Below, in pieces: positions 1 through 10,884 of a stretch of 64,000 bases of DNA. Location: assembly GCA_964291265.2 (NCBI GenBank), contig OZ219747.1, positions 1,280,001 to 1,344,000 on the forward strand, in the 5' to 3' direction. Source of the DNA: Alphaproteobacteria bacterium (GTDB lineage Bacteria > Pseudomonadota > Alphaproteobacteria > SP197). The notes below the pieces were generated by a model. The model did no database searches, had not been told where the DNA came from, and saw nothing but the letters and a program-made list of their open reading frames with translations. Both the position numbers and the translations under genes were made by a program. The first letter of the stretch is position 1. Each line of letters starts with the position of its first letter.

Positions 1-1004
1 ACATCCAGCCACAGGAAGAAACCGCCAGGTGGCCTGAAGAATCCGAAACGGTTGCCCAGAACGGCCTCGGCCATGTCGATCTTCTCCCGGTAGAGCCGAC
101 GGTTCTCCTCGACGTGCTCCTCGTCGGACCACAGCACCTCGGCGGTGTTCAGGACGGCCATCGGACTGGCTGCCGCCGCATACCTGCGCAGGCGCATGTA
201 GGCGGCGATGAAATCGGGATCGCCGGCCACGAAACCATGCCGCAGACCGGGAACGCTGGAGCGCTTGGACAATGAATGGAAGCACACGACATGTGACAGA
301 TCACCGTCCTCGGCACAGACCTGCATGACACCGGGCGGTGGTGCGCGATCCCAGATTTCCGCGTAGCACTCGTCTGCGACGAGCAGAAAGTCGTGTCGCC
401 TGGCGAGGGCGACAGCCCGCCGGAGATAGGCGGGATCGGCCACCGCGCCCTGTGGATTGGCAGGTGAACAAAGGTAGAAGATGGCTGTTCTGTCGAGAAC
501 GTCATCGGTGAGACCGTCGAGATCCGGCAGGAAGCCGGTCCGCGAGGTGCAGGGCATGAAGAACGGCTGTGCTCCGGCGGCCACGGCGCCCGCCTTGTAG
601 GGCGGGTAGAAGGGATTGGGCATCAGCGCCAGCGGTCTGCCCTTCGCCCATGTTGTCGGCACGGCTGCGAGGGCGACCATGAAGAGGCCCTCCCTGGTTC
701 CCTGGACCGGGATGATGCTCCGGTCGGGGTCGATGAAGCCGTCGCAGAGAGCGTAGCGCCGGGAGAGCCAGGCAGCCATGGCACGCCTCAGACCCGGTGT
801 GCCCTCCACCGGGGGATACCTGCCGTAATCCACGAAGGCATCGGACAATGGCCGGCGCGCGATCTCCGGCACACCATGGCGCGGTTCGCCGATCCACATC
901 GCGATCGCCTCGCTGTTGCCGTCAGGCAACGCCATGTCCTTGATGAGCGCGTTCATGCGCCGGAAAGGGTATTCCTTCAGGGTTTCGAGTCTGTCGCTGA
1001 TCAT
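1..1004 (-). CDS. PLP-dependent class I/II aminotransferase (succinyldiaminopimelate transaminase-like); 3' end runs off the window
   Basis: Not in the ORF track because it is truncated. Manual translation from ATG at 1004 gives MISDRLETLKEYPFRRMNALIKD...IGEPRH, GTREGLF, PNPFYPPY, CSPANPQG, DECYAEI and SLSKRSSVPGLR (PLP lysine motif). Confidence 0.85.
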   Translation of the reverse strand, partial: MISDRLETLKEYPFRRMNALIKDMALPDGNSEAIAMWIGEPRHGVPEIARRPLSDAFVDYGRYPPVEGTPGLRRAMAAWLSRRYALCDGFIDPDRSIIPVQGTREGLFMVALAAVPTTWAKGRPLALMPNPFYPPYKAGAVAAGAQPFFMPCTSRTGFLPDLDGLTDDVLDRTAIFYLCSPANPQGAVADPAYLRRAVALARRHDFLLVADECYAEIWDRAPPPGVMQVCAEDGDLSHVVCFHSLSKRSSVPGLRHGFVAGDPDFIAAYMRLRRYAAAASPMAVLNTAEVLWSDEEHVEENRRLYREKIDMAEAVLGNRFGFFRPPGGFFLWLD

Positions 1005-1106
1005 GCTGTCATTCCGAGGACGGTCCGAAGTGTGGCACACATTTGCTCCCGCAATCAAAATATTCACTGTTGATGGTCTGTTAAGCGGTATTCCTCCCGG
1101 TTTCAG

Positions 1107-1982
1107 TCAACTTTTTCCCTGGCGCGCCAGGGATTCCCTGCGTGCGACATGGAGACCGGCAAGAACGATGATGACGGTGCCGGACCATGTCCACGTGTCC
1201 GGAAACTCGCGCCAGAAGACCCAGCCGTAGAACGTGGCGCCGACGATCTCCGTATAGATGAAGGGCGCCAGAAGCGAGGCCGGCGCCAGGGTATAGGCCC
1301 TGATGACGAGACCGTTGCTGCCCGACGAGAGCAGGGCAATCACCACGAGCGCCGCCCATTGCCAGCCAACGGGTGACTGCCAGTACCACGGACTGATCGC
1401 CGCGAGCACGACCAGGGTCACCAGAGATGACCACAACATCATGTTCGGAGTGGAGTTTCTCACCGAAATCTTGCGTGTGATGACGACATAGACCGACCAG
1501 ATCACCGTCGCCAGAACCGGCCAGATGGCGCCCCATCCCATGAGCCCCGAACCGGGTCGCACGATGATGAGACCGCCGACGAGGCCAACGGCGCAGGCGG
1601 CCCAGCGATGCCATCCGGCGCGTTCACCGAGAAACACGTGGGCCATGGCCGTGATCACGAGGGGACCGACGAAGAGAATGGCGATGAGATCGGCGAACTG
1701 GAGGACCCTGAGGCCGCTGTAGAACGTGAACCCCATGGCGAACTGGCAGGCCGAACGGGCGATCTGCCAACCCGTATCGGCGGTCCGGATGAGGCGCAGC
1801 GGATTGGGCTCGCGTGACACCAGCAGAGCCATGACCACGAGGCCGCAGGCCTGGAACACCATGACCTGGAAGATCGGCAGATCCTGGATGGTCCATTTCG
1901 CCAGGGCGTCGGAGGTGTTGACCACCAACAGTGACAGCAGCATCAGGATGATGCCGGCGGCGTGAGGATGGAATCGGGTCAC
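1107..1982 (-). CDS. DMT/EamA family transporter
   Basis: About 10 hydrophobic segments with FLGER and APF.Y motifs. The GTG start overlaps the amidase stop (GTGA). Confidence 0.85.
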   Translation of the reverse strand: MTRFHPHAAGIILMLLSLLVVNTSDALAKWTIQDLPIFQVMVFQACGLVVMALLVSREPNPLRLIRTADTGWQIARSACQFAMGFTFYSGLRVLQFADLIAILFVGPLVITAMAHVFLGERAGWHRWAACAVGLVGGLIIVRPGSGLMGWGAIWPVLATVIWSVYVVITRKISVRNSTPNMMLWSSLVTLVVLAAISPWYWQSPVGWQWAALVVIALLSSGSNGLVIRAYTLAPASLLAPFIYTEIVGATFYGWVFWREFPDTWTWSGTVIIVLAGLHVARRESLARQGKS

Positions 1983-3337
1983 GCCGGCGGTTGTGTCATT
2001 CCCGCCACCTCGACGGCGCGGGCGAGACGCAGCAGGGCCTCCTCCCTGCCGGGCCGTTGCATGAGCATCAGGCCTGCCGGCATGCCGGACGCGGCTTTCC
2101 CGCACGGCAGGGTGATGGCGCAGACCTTCAGGAGATTGCCCGGTGTCGTGTTTCCCAGCATGGCGGCGTTCGCATCTGTGTACACCTTCTCGTCCTCGAG
2201 GAGGTCGGCGATTTGCGGGGCGCTGATACGCACGGTGGGGGCGACCAGGGAGTCGCATCCGCCCATCCTGCGATGGAGCCTGCCGGCCACGGAGTCGAGT
2301 TCACGCAGGATTTCCAGAACTTCGTGTCCCGCCTGGATCTTGCCGGAGAGGAACCGGGGCAGCATGAAGGAGAAGATCTTGTCCGGCATGTCGCTCACGA
2401 CACCGGACCAGGACGACCAGGCATCCGTCGTGATCAGCCGTCCGGCGACTCTCATCGATTCCGCGAACTCGTCGACATCCTGCCATTCGACACGTGCGCC
2501 GGCATCCTCGAGACGTGCGAGCGCCTCGCGGCAGCAGCGATCAATTCCTTCATCGATACCGCGCCACATCGGCGAGGCGACGGCGATGAGGCGCTTTCCT
2601 GCGATGCGGGCGCCGTCCAGGTCAGCCATCGGCCTGCCCGAGAGGACGGACCACATGGCCGCGGCATCGGCCACGTCCGAGGCCAGGGGTCCGATGGTGT
2701 CGAACAGCGATGCCAGGGGCATCACGCCGTCCATGGGGAGTGCGCCTATGGTGGTCTTGAAACCGACCACGCCATTGAGGGCTGCGGGAATACGCACCGA
2801 CCCTCCGGTATCGCTGCCGATCGCGATCGGGCCCAGCCCGCGCGCAACGGCGACTCCGGCTCCCGACGACGAGCCTCCGGGAACGCGGTCGACAGTCGCG
2901 TCATGGGCATTGGCCGGTGTTCCATGAGTCGTGTTGATTCCGAGTCCGGAGAAGGCGAACTCGGTCATGTTGGTCTTGCCGAGGAAGACGGTGCCTTCCT
3001 GGGTGGCGCGCCGCAGCACAAGGCCGTCGCGTTCGGGGATGCGGCCCGCGAGAGCCCGTGCGGCCATCGTTGTCTCGACACCGGCGACATCGACCACGTC
3101 CTTCCAGGACACCGGGACGCCGTCGAGAGGTCCTCGCCGCAATCCCTGGCGCTGGCGGCGACGGGCGGCTTCGGCTTCCGCGCGGGTACGATCCCGGACA
3201 AGGCGGATGAAGATCCGGCCGTCGCCGTCAAGCGACGCGATGCGCTCGAGAAAGTGCTCGGCAAGATCCACGGGATCGATCGCACCGGCGGCCATCTCCC
3301 GGCCAAGCTGCAGCGCCGTCATGTCGTGCCACATCAT
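1979..3337 (-). CDS. Amidase signature family protein
   Basis: GPLDGVPVSWKD, GKTNMTEFA, PGGSSSG, GSDTGGSVRIPA motifs. Confidence 0.92.
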   Translation of the reverse strand: MMWHDMTALQLGREMAAGAIDPVDLAEHFLERIASLDGDGRIFIRLVRDRTRAEAEAARRRQRQGLRRGPLDGVPVSWKDVVDVAGVETTMAARALAGRIPERDGLVLRRATQEGTVFLGKTNMTEFAFSGLGINTTHGTPANAHDATVDRVPGGSSSGAGVAVARGLGPIAIGSDTGGSVRIPAALNGVVGFKTTIGALPMDGVMPLASLFDTIGPLASDVADAAAMWSVLSGRPMADLDGARIAGKRLIAVASPMWRGIDEGIDRCCREALARLEDAGARVEWQDVDEFAESMRVAGRLITTDAWSSWSGVVSDMPDKIFSFMLPRFLSGKIQAGHEVLEILRELDSVAGRLHRRMGGCDSLVAPTVRISAPQIADLLEDEKVYTDANAAMLGNTTPGNLLKVCAITLPCGKAASGMPAGLMLMQRPGREEALLRLARAVEVAGMTQPPA

Positions 3338-3447
3338 CGCCCCGTTCCCCTGCTGTCCCTCACGGGATGTTTCCGGTTGCTTGCTATCACTGTCGCGCGG
3401 ATGCTGCCAGTGATGACGTTGGGCTGGATGTGATGTTGAATGGAGCC

Positions 3448-4656
3448 ATGGACTCGCGTTTCGACATCTGTGTCGTCGGCGGTGGCATGAGCGGCATGAC
3501 GACCGCCCTTGCCCTGGCGCGGGCCGGCTTCGAGGTGGCCCTGGTCGAAAGGGTTCCCCGCCAGACGATTCTTGACGCCTCGTTCGACGGGCGCGTCTCC
3601 TCCATTTCCTGGGGTTCGAAACTGGTTCTTGAACGGCTCGATGCATGGCAGGGCGTCGTTCCCCAAGCCCAGCCCATCCTTGACATCCGCGTCTCGGATC
3701 GACAGTCGCCCTTCTTCCTTCACTACGACCATCGGGATGTCGGTGACCATCCCATGGGGTGGATCATGGAGAATCGGGCGCTTCGGCAGGCTCTCGACAG
3801 CGCGGTCGACCACGCCACGCGGGTGCATCGGGTATGCGCGCGCGTTGTCGCCATGGAATGCGACGATGCGGGCGCGACCCTGGACCTTGACGATGATTCC
3901 AGGCTGCGCTGCGGTCTTGTCGTGGCCTGCGACGGCGCCGGTTCGCCGTTGCGCACCATGTCCGGCATCGCCACCTGGCGGCACGATTACCGGCAGACGG
4001 CCATCATCGCCACGGTGCGCCACACAAGACCACACAACGGTATCGCCCACGAGCGGTTCCTCGCCGGTGGTCCCTTCGCCATCCTGCCCCTGCCGGGGAA
4101 TCGCTCCTCCGTCGTGTGGACAGAGGACGAGGATGTCGCGAGGCGGATCCTCGAACTCGACCACGGCGCGTTCGCAGAGGAGCTGGCGTGGAGGTTCGGC
4201 GACTTTCTGGGACCGCTGGACGTGACGGGACCGGTCCTTGACCACCATCTCTCCCTGGCGGTCGCCAACCGTCTCATCGGCTTCCGGCTGGTCCTTGTGG
4301 GCGATGCCGCCCACGCCATTCATCCCATTGCCGGTCAGGGGTTCAATCTGGGTATCCGCGATGCGGCAGTGCTCGCCGAGGTTCTGGCCGACATGGCGCG
4401 TCTCGGACTGGGTCCGGGTTCGGGCGCTGCCCTGACGGCCTACGCCCGCCGGCGCCGTGTGGATACGTGGATGCTGGTCACCATGACCCACGGTCTCAAC
4501 CGCCTCTTTGCCATGCGCTCGCCTCCGGTGGCGCTGGCCCGCGGCCTTGGTCTCGCTCTGGTGGGATCCATGAAACCCGTCAAGCGCCTGCTCATGAAGG
4601 ATGCCATGGGAGTGGCCGGGCGGTTGCCGCGGTTGATGACCGGGGAGAGGCTGTAG
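3448..4656 (+). CDS. UbiH/UbiF/VisC/COQ6-family FAD-dependent ubiquinone hydroxylase
   Basis: GGGMSG, ACDG, GDAAHAIHPIAGQGFNLG motifs. Confidence 0.9.
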   Translation: MDSRFDICVVGGGMSGMTTALALARAGFEVALVERVPRQTILDASFDGRVSSISWGSKLVLERLDAWQGVVPQAQPILDIRVSDRQSPFFLHYDHRDVGDHPMGWIMENRALRQALDSAVDHATRVHRVCARVVAMECDDAGATLDLDDDSRLRCGLVVACDGAGSPLRTMSGIATWRHDYRQTAIIATVRHTRPHNGIAHERFLAGGPFAILPLPGNRSSVVWTEDEDVARRILELDHGAFAEELAWRFGDFLGPLDVTGPVLDHHLSLAVANRLIGFRLVLVGDAAHAIHPIAGQGFNLGIRDAAVLAEVLADMARLGLGPGSGAALTAYARRRRVDTWMLVTMTHGLNRLFAMRSPPVALARGLGLALVGSMKPVKRLLMKDAMGVAGRLPRLMTGERL

Positions 4657-4667
4657 CCACGGCCGGA

Positions 4668-5951
4668 TCAGGAGCGGTCCTGCTGGTCCTCCAGAGTGTT
4701 CAGCACCAGCCAGCCCGCTGCCAGCAGGACAACGATGACAGCCATGCCAAGGCGCTGGCTCGACGTCGCGTAGGCGACCACGCCGACGAGCAGCGGACCG
4801 GCGAAGCTGGTGATCTTGCCGGAGAGCGCGAACAGGCCGAACATTTCACCGGTCATGTGCGACGGGGCGAGGCGGGCCATGAGCGATCGGCTTGCCGACT
4901 GCACCGGACCGATGAAAACGCCGAGCAGGCCACCGAGTATCCAGAACCAGAGCGTCGATTCGATGATCAGCACGACGACACTGAGCACGATGAGGGCGGC
5001 GAGCGTGACAAGCAGTGTCCGCCGCGCTCCGACCCGGTCGTCCACCCATCCGAACGCCGCGGCTCCTGCGCACGCCGTGATGTTGAGCAGGATGGCGAAC
5101 AACAACACCGATTCCTCGTCCATGGCGAAGGTGGTGGCGGCATAGACGCCTCCCAGGGCGAAGAGCGTGTTGAGGCCGTCGACATAGAGCAGTCGGGCGA
5201 TGAGGAACCTGATGATCGTGCGGTGCTGGCGAAACTCCCGCAGCGTGTCCATGAGCTGTTTGACGCCGATGCGCACGGCCTCTGCCGGCGCCCGTCCGGT
5301 GCCCGGTCGGTCTGGCGTGAACAGGAAGAACGGCCAGCTGAAGATAATGAACCAGAGCGCCGTGACGACGGCAACGAAACGGATGTGCTCCGCCTCATCG
5401 CGTTCCAGGCCGAAGGGGAGCGGATCGGCCAGGACAAGGAACCCGAGGACCAGGACGAGACAGCCGATTCCCCCGGCATATCCCAGGCCCCAGGCCCATC
5501 CCGACAGGCGGCCGAAGCGGGAGGGTTCGACGAGATCCGGCAGCATCGCGTTGTAGAACACAACCGACGTCTCGAAGGCGACGTTGACCAGGACGACGAG
5601 GCCGAGGACCGGAATGATCCAGCGCGATTCGGGGGCGCAGAACCACAGCGCCGCCGTCGCGACGACCATGATGAGACTGAAACCCATGACCCATGGCTTG
5701 CGCCGGCCGCCGGCATCCGCGATGGCGCCTGCCACCGGCGCCAGGATGGCGATGACGAGTGCCGAGACCGCGATACCCCAACTCCACAGGGCAAGACCCT
5801 CCGCCTCGCTGTCGGCAACGGCGCGGGCAAAGTAGGGAGCAAAGATGAACGTGATGACGATGGTGGGCGTGGGAGAGTTCGCCCAGTCGAAGAGACACCA
5901 CGAGACAAGTCCCCTGGCTCCGGCAGGACGGGTGGTTCCGGTGGTTGTCAT
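4668..5951 (-). CDS. MFS transporter, UMF1/Atg22-like
   Basis: SWCLFDWANS, FYNAMLP, QSASRSLMARL, GEMFGLF motifs. Confidence 0.88.
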   Translation of the reverse strand: MTTTGTTRPAGARGLVSWCLFDWANSPTPTIVITFIFAPYFARAVADSEAEGLALWSWGIAVSALVIAILAPVAGAIADAGGRRKPWVMGFSLIMVVATAALWFCAPESRWIIPVLGLVVLVNVAFETSVVFYNAMLPDLVEPSRFGRLSGWAWGLGYAGGIGCLVLVLGFLVLADPLPFGLERDEAEHIRFVAVVTALWFIIFSWPFFLFTPDRPGTGRAPAEAVRIGVKQLMDTLREFRQHRTIIRFLIARLLYVDGLNTLFALGGVYAATTFAMDEESVLLFAILLNITACAGAAAFGWVDDRVGARRTLLVTLAALIVLSVVVLIIESTLWFWILGGLLGVFIGPVQSASRSLMARLAPSHMTGEMFGLFALSGKITSFAGPLLVGVVAYATSSQRLGMAVIVVLLAAGWLVLNTLEDQQDRS

Positions 5952-6498
5952 GACGCTTCCCGACTGATGCCGCCCCGGTGCCCGGGACAACGGTATCCCG
6001 CCCGCCGGTCCTGCCGGTTGATCGCATGGAGAACCCGGGGTCCCTGGCAGGCGACGACATCCTTCCTGCACGTGAACCCAAGTCTCGACATCAGGCGCCT
6101 TGACGAGAGGTTGTGAGGGCTCGTGATGGCCTTGATGCTGCGTGTGCTCAATTCCATGAAGGCATGCTCGAGAACCCGTGCGGTGGCCTTCAGCTACTCG
6201 GCAGAATCGACGTCATCGCCGATGACGCATCCCGTGCTGCCCATGATGGGCGCCTTGGTCCGGGTCTTCTCCAGTACGCCCCACATGCCGCTGCCATGGT
6301 GTTCGAAGGCCGCGGCGGCCGTTCGTACCGGGAGAGGGCGCCCGGGTCACTGGAACACCCCGGAATGATCCGTGAGACTATGTGCTCCTGGTCGGCAAAC
6401 AGGTTCCCGAGTGCCGGGAGGCGACCCCTCTCGAGGAGACGCAACTCGAGCCGCCTTGCAGCAGGAACTGTCACACGCCTGTCACCTCGACCGTTCAT
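5948..6498 (-). pseudogene. GNAT (RimJ/RimL-like) acetyltransferase pseudogene
   Basis: RLELRLL...LFAD in one frame, then a frameshift to FEHHGSGMWGV..., an in-frame TAG at 6194-6196, and a C-terminal ITSPHNLSSRRLMSRLGF. The central GY...GxGYA motif is missing. Confidence 0.6.
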
Positions 6499-6577
6499 GT
6501 GACACTGTGCCGGTGCACCATTCCCCGGACAACCCCCGGGCTTGGCAAGCGGAGGACAAGGTGGCGGGAACCAGCTC

Positions 6578-7471
6578 ATGCCGGACGCGAAGGAACCGAT
6601 GACAATCGCGCTGATCCACGGACTCTCCGCGCTGGCCGGACGCTATGACGGGTTGCTCGTGGACCTGTGGGGATGCCTGCACGACGGTATCGACGCCCAT
6701 GCCGGAGCCGTCGAGGCACTGGTGGCGTTCCGCCGCCTGGGCGGTCGTGTCGTGTTGCTGTCCAACGCCCCACGCACGCCACAGGCCGTTGCCCGGCAGC
6801 TGCAGGCGATGGGGGTTCCCGACTGCGCCTGGGACGGGATCATGACAGCCGGCCTGGCGACGCGTCTGGCCGTCGAGCATGGCGAGGACCCCTGGTATGC
6901 AGCGCTGGGTCCCAGGTTCTGGCACCTGGGAACGGAACGGGATGCACATCTTCTTGACGGGCTTGCCCGCCAGCGATGCACCAGCATCGATGAGGCGGAC
7001 TTCGTGCTGTGCTGCGGTATCCGTTGCCCGGGCGAGACCCTTGGCGACATCATGCCTGACCTCGAACCGGCGCTCGAACGCGGCCTGCCGATGGTGTCGG
7101 CCAATCCGGACAGGTTCGTGCTGCGAGGCAAGGCGCGCGAGATCTGCGCCGGCACCATCGCCGATGCCTATGTCGCCCGCGGAGGATGCATGCGCCAGGA
7201 GGGAAAGCCCTTCCCGTCGGTCTACCGGCGATGCCTTGCCATGCTGGCGGGTGTGCTGCCGGAACGCGTCCTTGCCGTGGGAGACGGCATCGGGACGGAC
7301 ATTGTCGGAGCACGTGACAGTGGTATCGATGCGGTATGGATCACGGGCGGCCTGCCGGCCCACTTCTGGGGCATCGCACCGCATCAGGTTCCGCCGCGGC
7401 CCCTTGTCGATGAAGCCTGCCGGCATCATGGCGTCACTCCGGCGGGCATCATGCCCATGCTGGCTTGGTAG
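6578..7471 (+). CDS. HAD-superfamily hydrolase subfamily IIA (TIGR01459-like)
   Basis: DLWGCLHDG, LSNAPR, ANPD, GKP, VGDGIGTDI motifs. Confidence 0.88.
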   Translation: MPDAKEPMTIALIHGLSALAGRYDGLLVDLWGCLHDGIDAHAGAVEALVAFRRLGGRVVLLSNAPRTPQAVARQLQAMGVPDCAWDGIMTAGLATRLAVEHGEDPWYAALGPRFWHLGTERDAHLLDGLARQRCTSIDEADFVLCCGIRCPGETLGDIMPDLEPALERGLPMVSANPDRFVLRGKAREICAGTIADAYVARGGCMRQEGKPFPSVYRRCLAMLAGVLPERVLAVGDGIGTDIVGARDSGIDAVWITGGLPAHFWGIAPHQVPPRPLVDEACRHHGVTPAGIMPMLAW

Positions 7472-7795
7472 CAGGAGAGACCAGGGGTGTCGAGGGCATT
7501 CGCGCCTGTGCCGAACGCGAGTCGCAGGGGTCTGCTCATTCCTCTTCGGAGACCCGAATTCAGGCGAGTTTCCGGTCGCGCCGCGGGAGCACGGCACTGA
7601 TGTCAGTACAGCGAACTCCATGCTGCATCGACGCTATCGGCCGAGGGCCGCAGAAACGTGTCGACTGCCCGTCGCTCGACCACTACAATGGGTCGCAAGA
7701 CGATGACCGTCTGGTCGGTTCCCGGGGCGGTTCGCGTGATGGGCGCGCGGACGAAAGCACCGCCAAACCAGCCACGTCAACCAGGAGAAGTTATC

Positions 7796-8587
7796 ATGAA
7801 GAAGATACGTACGATCCTGGCGGCGGCACTCGCCGTCGTTGCATTCGGCATGGTCAATGTTGCCACCGCGGAAACGCTGCGGGTCGGAATGGAGTGCACC
7901 TACGCACCGTTCAATTTCAAGAACGCCGATGGTGACCTCATGGGCTATGACGTCGATGTTGCCAAGGGTGTCGCCGGCCTTATCGGCGCTGATCTGGAAT
8001 TTGTCTGCCAGCAATGGGACGGCATGATCCCGGCTCTCCTCGCCAACAAGTTCGACTTGATCATCGCGTCCATGTCGATCACCGAGAAACGCCTGGAGAA
8101 AATGGACTTCTCCGACACGTACCGCATTTCCGTTGGCCGTCTGGTGGGGAGAACGGATGCCGGTTGGGAGTTGTTCGACGATGCGGGCAATCCGATCCCC
8201 GAGAACTTCGCCGGCCTCAAGGTGGGGCTTGAACGGGCAACGACCTACGCCGACTGGTTCGAGAACGAGTTGCCGGAAGCTGAAGTGGTTCTCTACGATT
8301 CGAACGAGGCACTGTATCTCGATCTGGTGAATGGCCGAACCGACATGATCATGACCAATCCCATGAAGGCCTACCTCAGATTTCTCAGCCAGGAGGACGG
8401 CGGGAGTTTTGAGTTTGTCAGCCCGCAGATCGACGAGAAGAAGTACTTCGGCATTGGTGTCGGCATTGGACTGCGAAAGGGCAATGACGAATTGAAGGCC
8501 CGCCTGAATGCCGCCATCAGGACGCTGACCGATGACGGTTCACTGGAGAAGTACGCCCTGCAGTACTTCCCCTTCGCCATCCACTGA
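7796..8587 (+). CDS. Polar amino acid ABC transporter substrate-binding protein
   Basis: Signal peptide; YAPFNF, GYDVD, WDGMIPAL, SMSITEKR motifs; RBS AGGAG. Confidence 0.92.
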   Translation: MKKIRTILAAALAVVAFGMVNVATAETLRVGMECTYAPFNFKNADGDLMGYDVDVAKGVAGLIGADLEFVCQQWDGMIPALLANKFDLIIASMSITEKRLEKMDFSDTYRISVGRLVGRTDAGWELFDDAGNPIPENFAGLKVGLERATTYADWFENELPEAEVVLYDSNEALYLDLVNGRTDMIMTNPMKAYLRFLSQEDGGSFEFVSPQIDEKKYFGIGVGIGLRKGNDELKARLNAAIRTLTDDGSLEKYALQYFPFAIH

Positions 8588-8726
8588 CCGGGCGCCCCAA
8601 AGCCCACAGTCAAGAGCAGACGCACAGTCCGCGATGAGGGTCTTGAGAGGCCCCCGTCGCGGACGTTTGTCCGGTGATCTGGCATTCCGCCCGCAATTGC
8701 TGTGCTGTCGCGCCAGATTGGGATAA

Positions 8727-9428
8727 GTGGCAGTGGACGCGCTGGATGGCTGGTGGGATGACTATTTCCGGGGGTCTCTTGTTGTCGTCGAGGTCTTTGT
8801 CGTAGCACTGATCCTGACGATCCTGTTTGGCTTGATTGGCGCGGCTGCGAAACTATCGAGGAATCGTGTCGCCAGGGCTATGGCCAGCGGCTATACGGTC
8901 GTCTTTCGCGGCACACCCGAGATTCTGGTTCTCTTGCTGATTTACTTCGGGTCCGCAGTCACCCTGACAGCCATTGCCCGGATCTTCGATCCCCAGATCA
9001 AGTTCGTCGATCTCCCGCCATTCTGGGCGGGATCGTTTGCCATCGCACTGATCGTCGGCTCCTACGCGACGGAGACCTTCCGCGGCGCCTTCCTCGGTGT
9101 CGCAACGGGACAGATCGAGGCTGCCCGGGCGCTCGGTCTCTCGACCCTGCAGACATTCGTCCATGTGCGTATTCCGGCGATGTGGCGGCTCGCGCTGCCG
9201 CCTTTCGGCAATCACATGCTCTCGCTGATCAAGGATACGGCGCTGATCGCCATCATCGGCCTGGAGGAAACGCTGTTTGTCGCCGCCCAGGCAATTGGCA
9301 CCACGAACAGGCCGTTTACCATGTATATTGTCGTTGGCGCGATCTATCTGGGGCTGTCGACGATCATCACCCTCGCCGTCATGGTTCTGGAAAAATACGC
9401 CAATCGGCATCTGGAGGTCGCGCGATGA
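8727..9428 (+). CDS. Amino acid ABC transporter permease (HisQ-like)
   Basis: FRGTPE motif, EAA loop (GQIEAARALG), LIKDTAL. Confidence 0.92.
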   Translation: MAVDALDGWWDDYFRGSLVVVEVFVVALILTILFGLIGAAAKLSRNRVARAMASGYTVVFRGTPEILVLLLIYFGSAVTLTAIARIFDPQIKFVDLPPFWAGSFAIALIVGSYATETFRGAFLGVATGQIEAARALGLSTLQTFVHVRIPAMWRLALPPFGNHMLSLIKDTALIAIIGLEETLFVAAQAIGTTNRPFTMYIVVGAIYLGLSTIITLAVMVLEKYANRHLEVAR

Positions 9429-10120
9429 GCTTCGACATGGCGCTGATCCTGGACAGCATTCCCAGGATGCTCATGGGAATTGGGCTGACGCTTCAGTTGC
9501 TCTTCCTGTCGGCGGCGCTGGGCCTGACCTTCGCCGTCATCCTGTTGTTGATGCGAATCAGCGGCCGGTGGTATCTCGCGGTCCCGACAATGGCCTATAT
9601 CTACATCTTTCGCGGTACTCCCATACTGGTGCAGATTTTCATCATCTACTATGGTCTGCCGCAGCTGGAGTTCGTGCGCCACAGCATTGTCTGGCCGATC
9701 CTGCGGGAACCCTTCGGCTGCGCAATTCTCGCCCTGACACTCAATACCGCCGCCTACGTTTCGGAAATCCTGCGTGGCGGAGTGCTGGGCGTGGACCGCG
9801 GCCTGCAGGAAGCCGGTGCGGCACTGGGGCTCGGCACACGGCATCGATTCATCTACATCACGACTCCCATCGCCATCCGCCTGGCGCTTCCGGCCTACAG
9901 CAATGACGTCATCAGCCTGATGAAAAGTACGGCCCTGGCCAGCACGATCACGCTCCTGGACATGACGGGTATCGCGCGAACCATCGTGGCCGAAACCTAC
10001 GCGCCGTATGAGATTTTCATTTCGCTGATGGTCATCTATCTGATCCTGACGTGGATGATTCAGAGAGGTTTCGGCTGGGTGGAGAAGTGCATGAGCCGGT
10101 ATGTGAGAGAGGGGGTGTGA
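9425..10120 (+). CDS. Amino acid ABC transporter permease (HisM-like)
   Basis: FRGTPILVQ, AYVSEILRGG, MKSTALAS motifs; ATGA overlap with the previous gene. Confidence 0.92.
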   Translation: MSFDMALILDSIPRMLMGIGLTLQLLFLSAALGLTFAVILLLMRISGRWYLAVPTMAYIYIFRGTPILVQIFIIYYGLPQLEFVRHSIVWPILREPFGCAILALTLNTAAYVSEILRGGVLGVDRGLQEAGAALGLGTRHRFIYITTPIAIRLALPAYSNDVISLMKSTALASTITLLDMTGIARTIVAETYAPYEIFISLMVIYLILTWMIQRGFGWVEKCMSRYVREGV

Positions 10121-10121
10121 C

Positions 10122-10874
10122 ATGAACGACAGCACCCCAGTCGACATCATTCAACTCAGGAACGTCAGCAAGTTCTTTGGTACGTTCCAGGCGCTCAAGG
10201 ACGTCAATCTGTCGGTCAGGAAGGGGGAGCGCGTTGTCGTTTGTGGTCCTTCCGGGTCAGGCAAGTCGACGCTGATTCGGTGCATCAACCGGCTCGAGAA
10301 ACACGACAGCGGCACGATCACCGTCAATGGCCTCGAGTTGACCGGTGACGTCAGCAACATGGATGCCGTACGCCGCGATGTCGGCATGGTGTTTCAGGAC
10401 TTCAACCTGTTTCCCCACATGACGGTGGTCAAGAATCTCATGCTGGCGCCCAAGCTGGTGCGCAGGTTCTCGAGGTCGCAGGCCCATGACATCGCCATGC
10501 GCTACCTTGAAAGGGTCAAGATCCCGGAGCAGGCCGACAAGTATCCCAGCCAACTCTCCGGTGGACAGCAGCAACGTGTGGCAATCGCCCGTGCACTGTG
10601 CATGGAACCCATGATCATGCTGTTCGACGAACCGACCTCGGCGCTCGATCCGGAGATGATCGCCGAAGTCCTCGACGTCATGACGGCTCTGGCGCGCGAC
10701 GGCATGACCATGATCTGCGTCACCCACGAGATGGGGTTTGCCCGTTCGGTGGCCGACAAGGTCGTTTTCATGGACGAGGGCGAGATCGTCGAAATGAATC
10801 CGCCCGGGGAGTTCTTCGACAAGCCGAGGAGCGAACGCACCAGGCTGTTTCTCAGCCAGGTCCTGTCATACTGA
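10122..10874 (+). CDS. Amino acid ABC transporter ATP-binding protein
   Basis: GPSGSGKS, LSGGQQQR, FDEPTSALD motifs. Confidence 0.95.
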   Translation: MNDSTPVDIIQLRNVSKFFGTFQALKDVNLSVRKGERVVVCGPSGSGKSTLIRCINRLEKHDSGTITVNGLELTGDVSNMDAVRRDVGMVFQDFNLFPHMTVVKNLMLAPKLVRRFSRSQAHDIAMRYLERVKIPEQADKYPSQLSGGQQQRVAIARALCMEPMIMLFDEPTSALDPEMIAEVLDVMTALARDGMTMICVTHEMGFARSVADKVVFMDEGEIVEMNPPGEFFDKPRSERTRLFLSQVLSY

Positions 10875-10884
10875 AGCCGGCGGC

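Noticed and set aside
6194-6196. In-frame TAG in the GNAT gene as recoding
   Set aside because: The gene also has a frameshift and lacks its core motif, so simple decay explains it.
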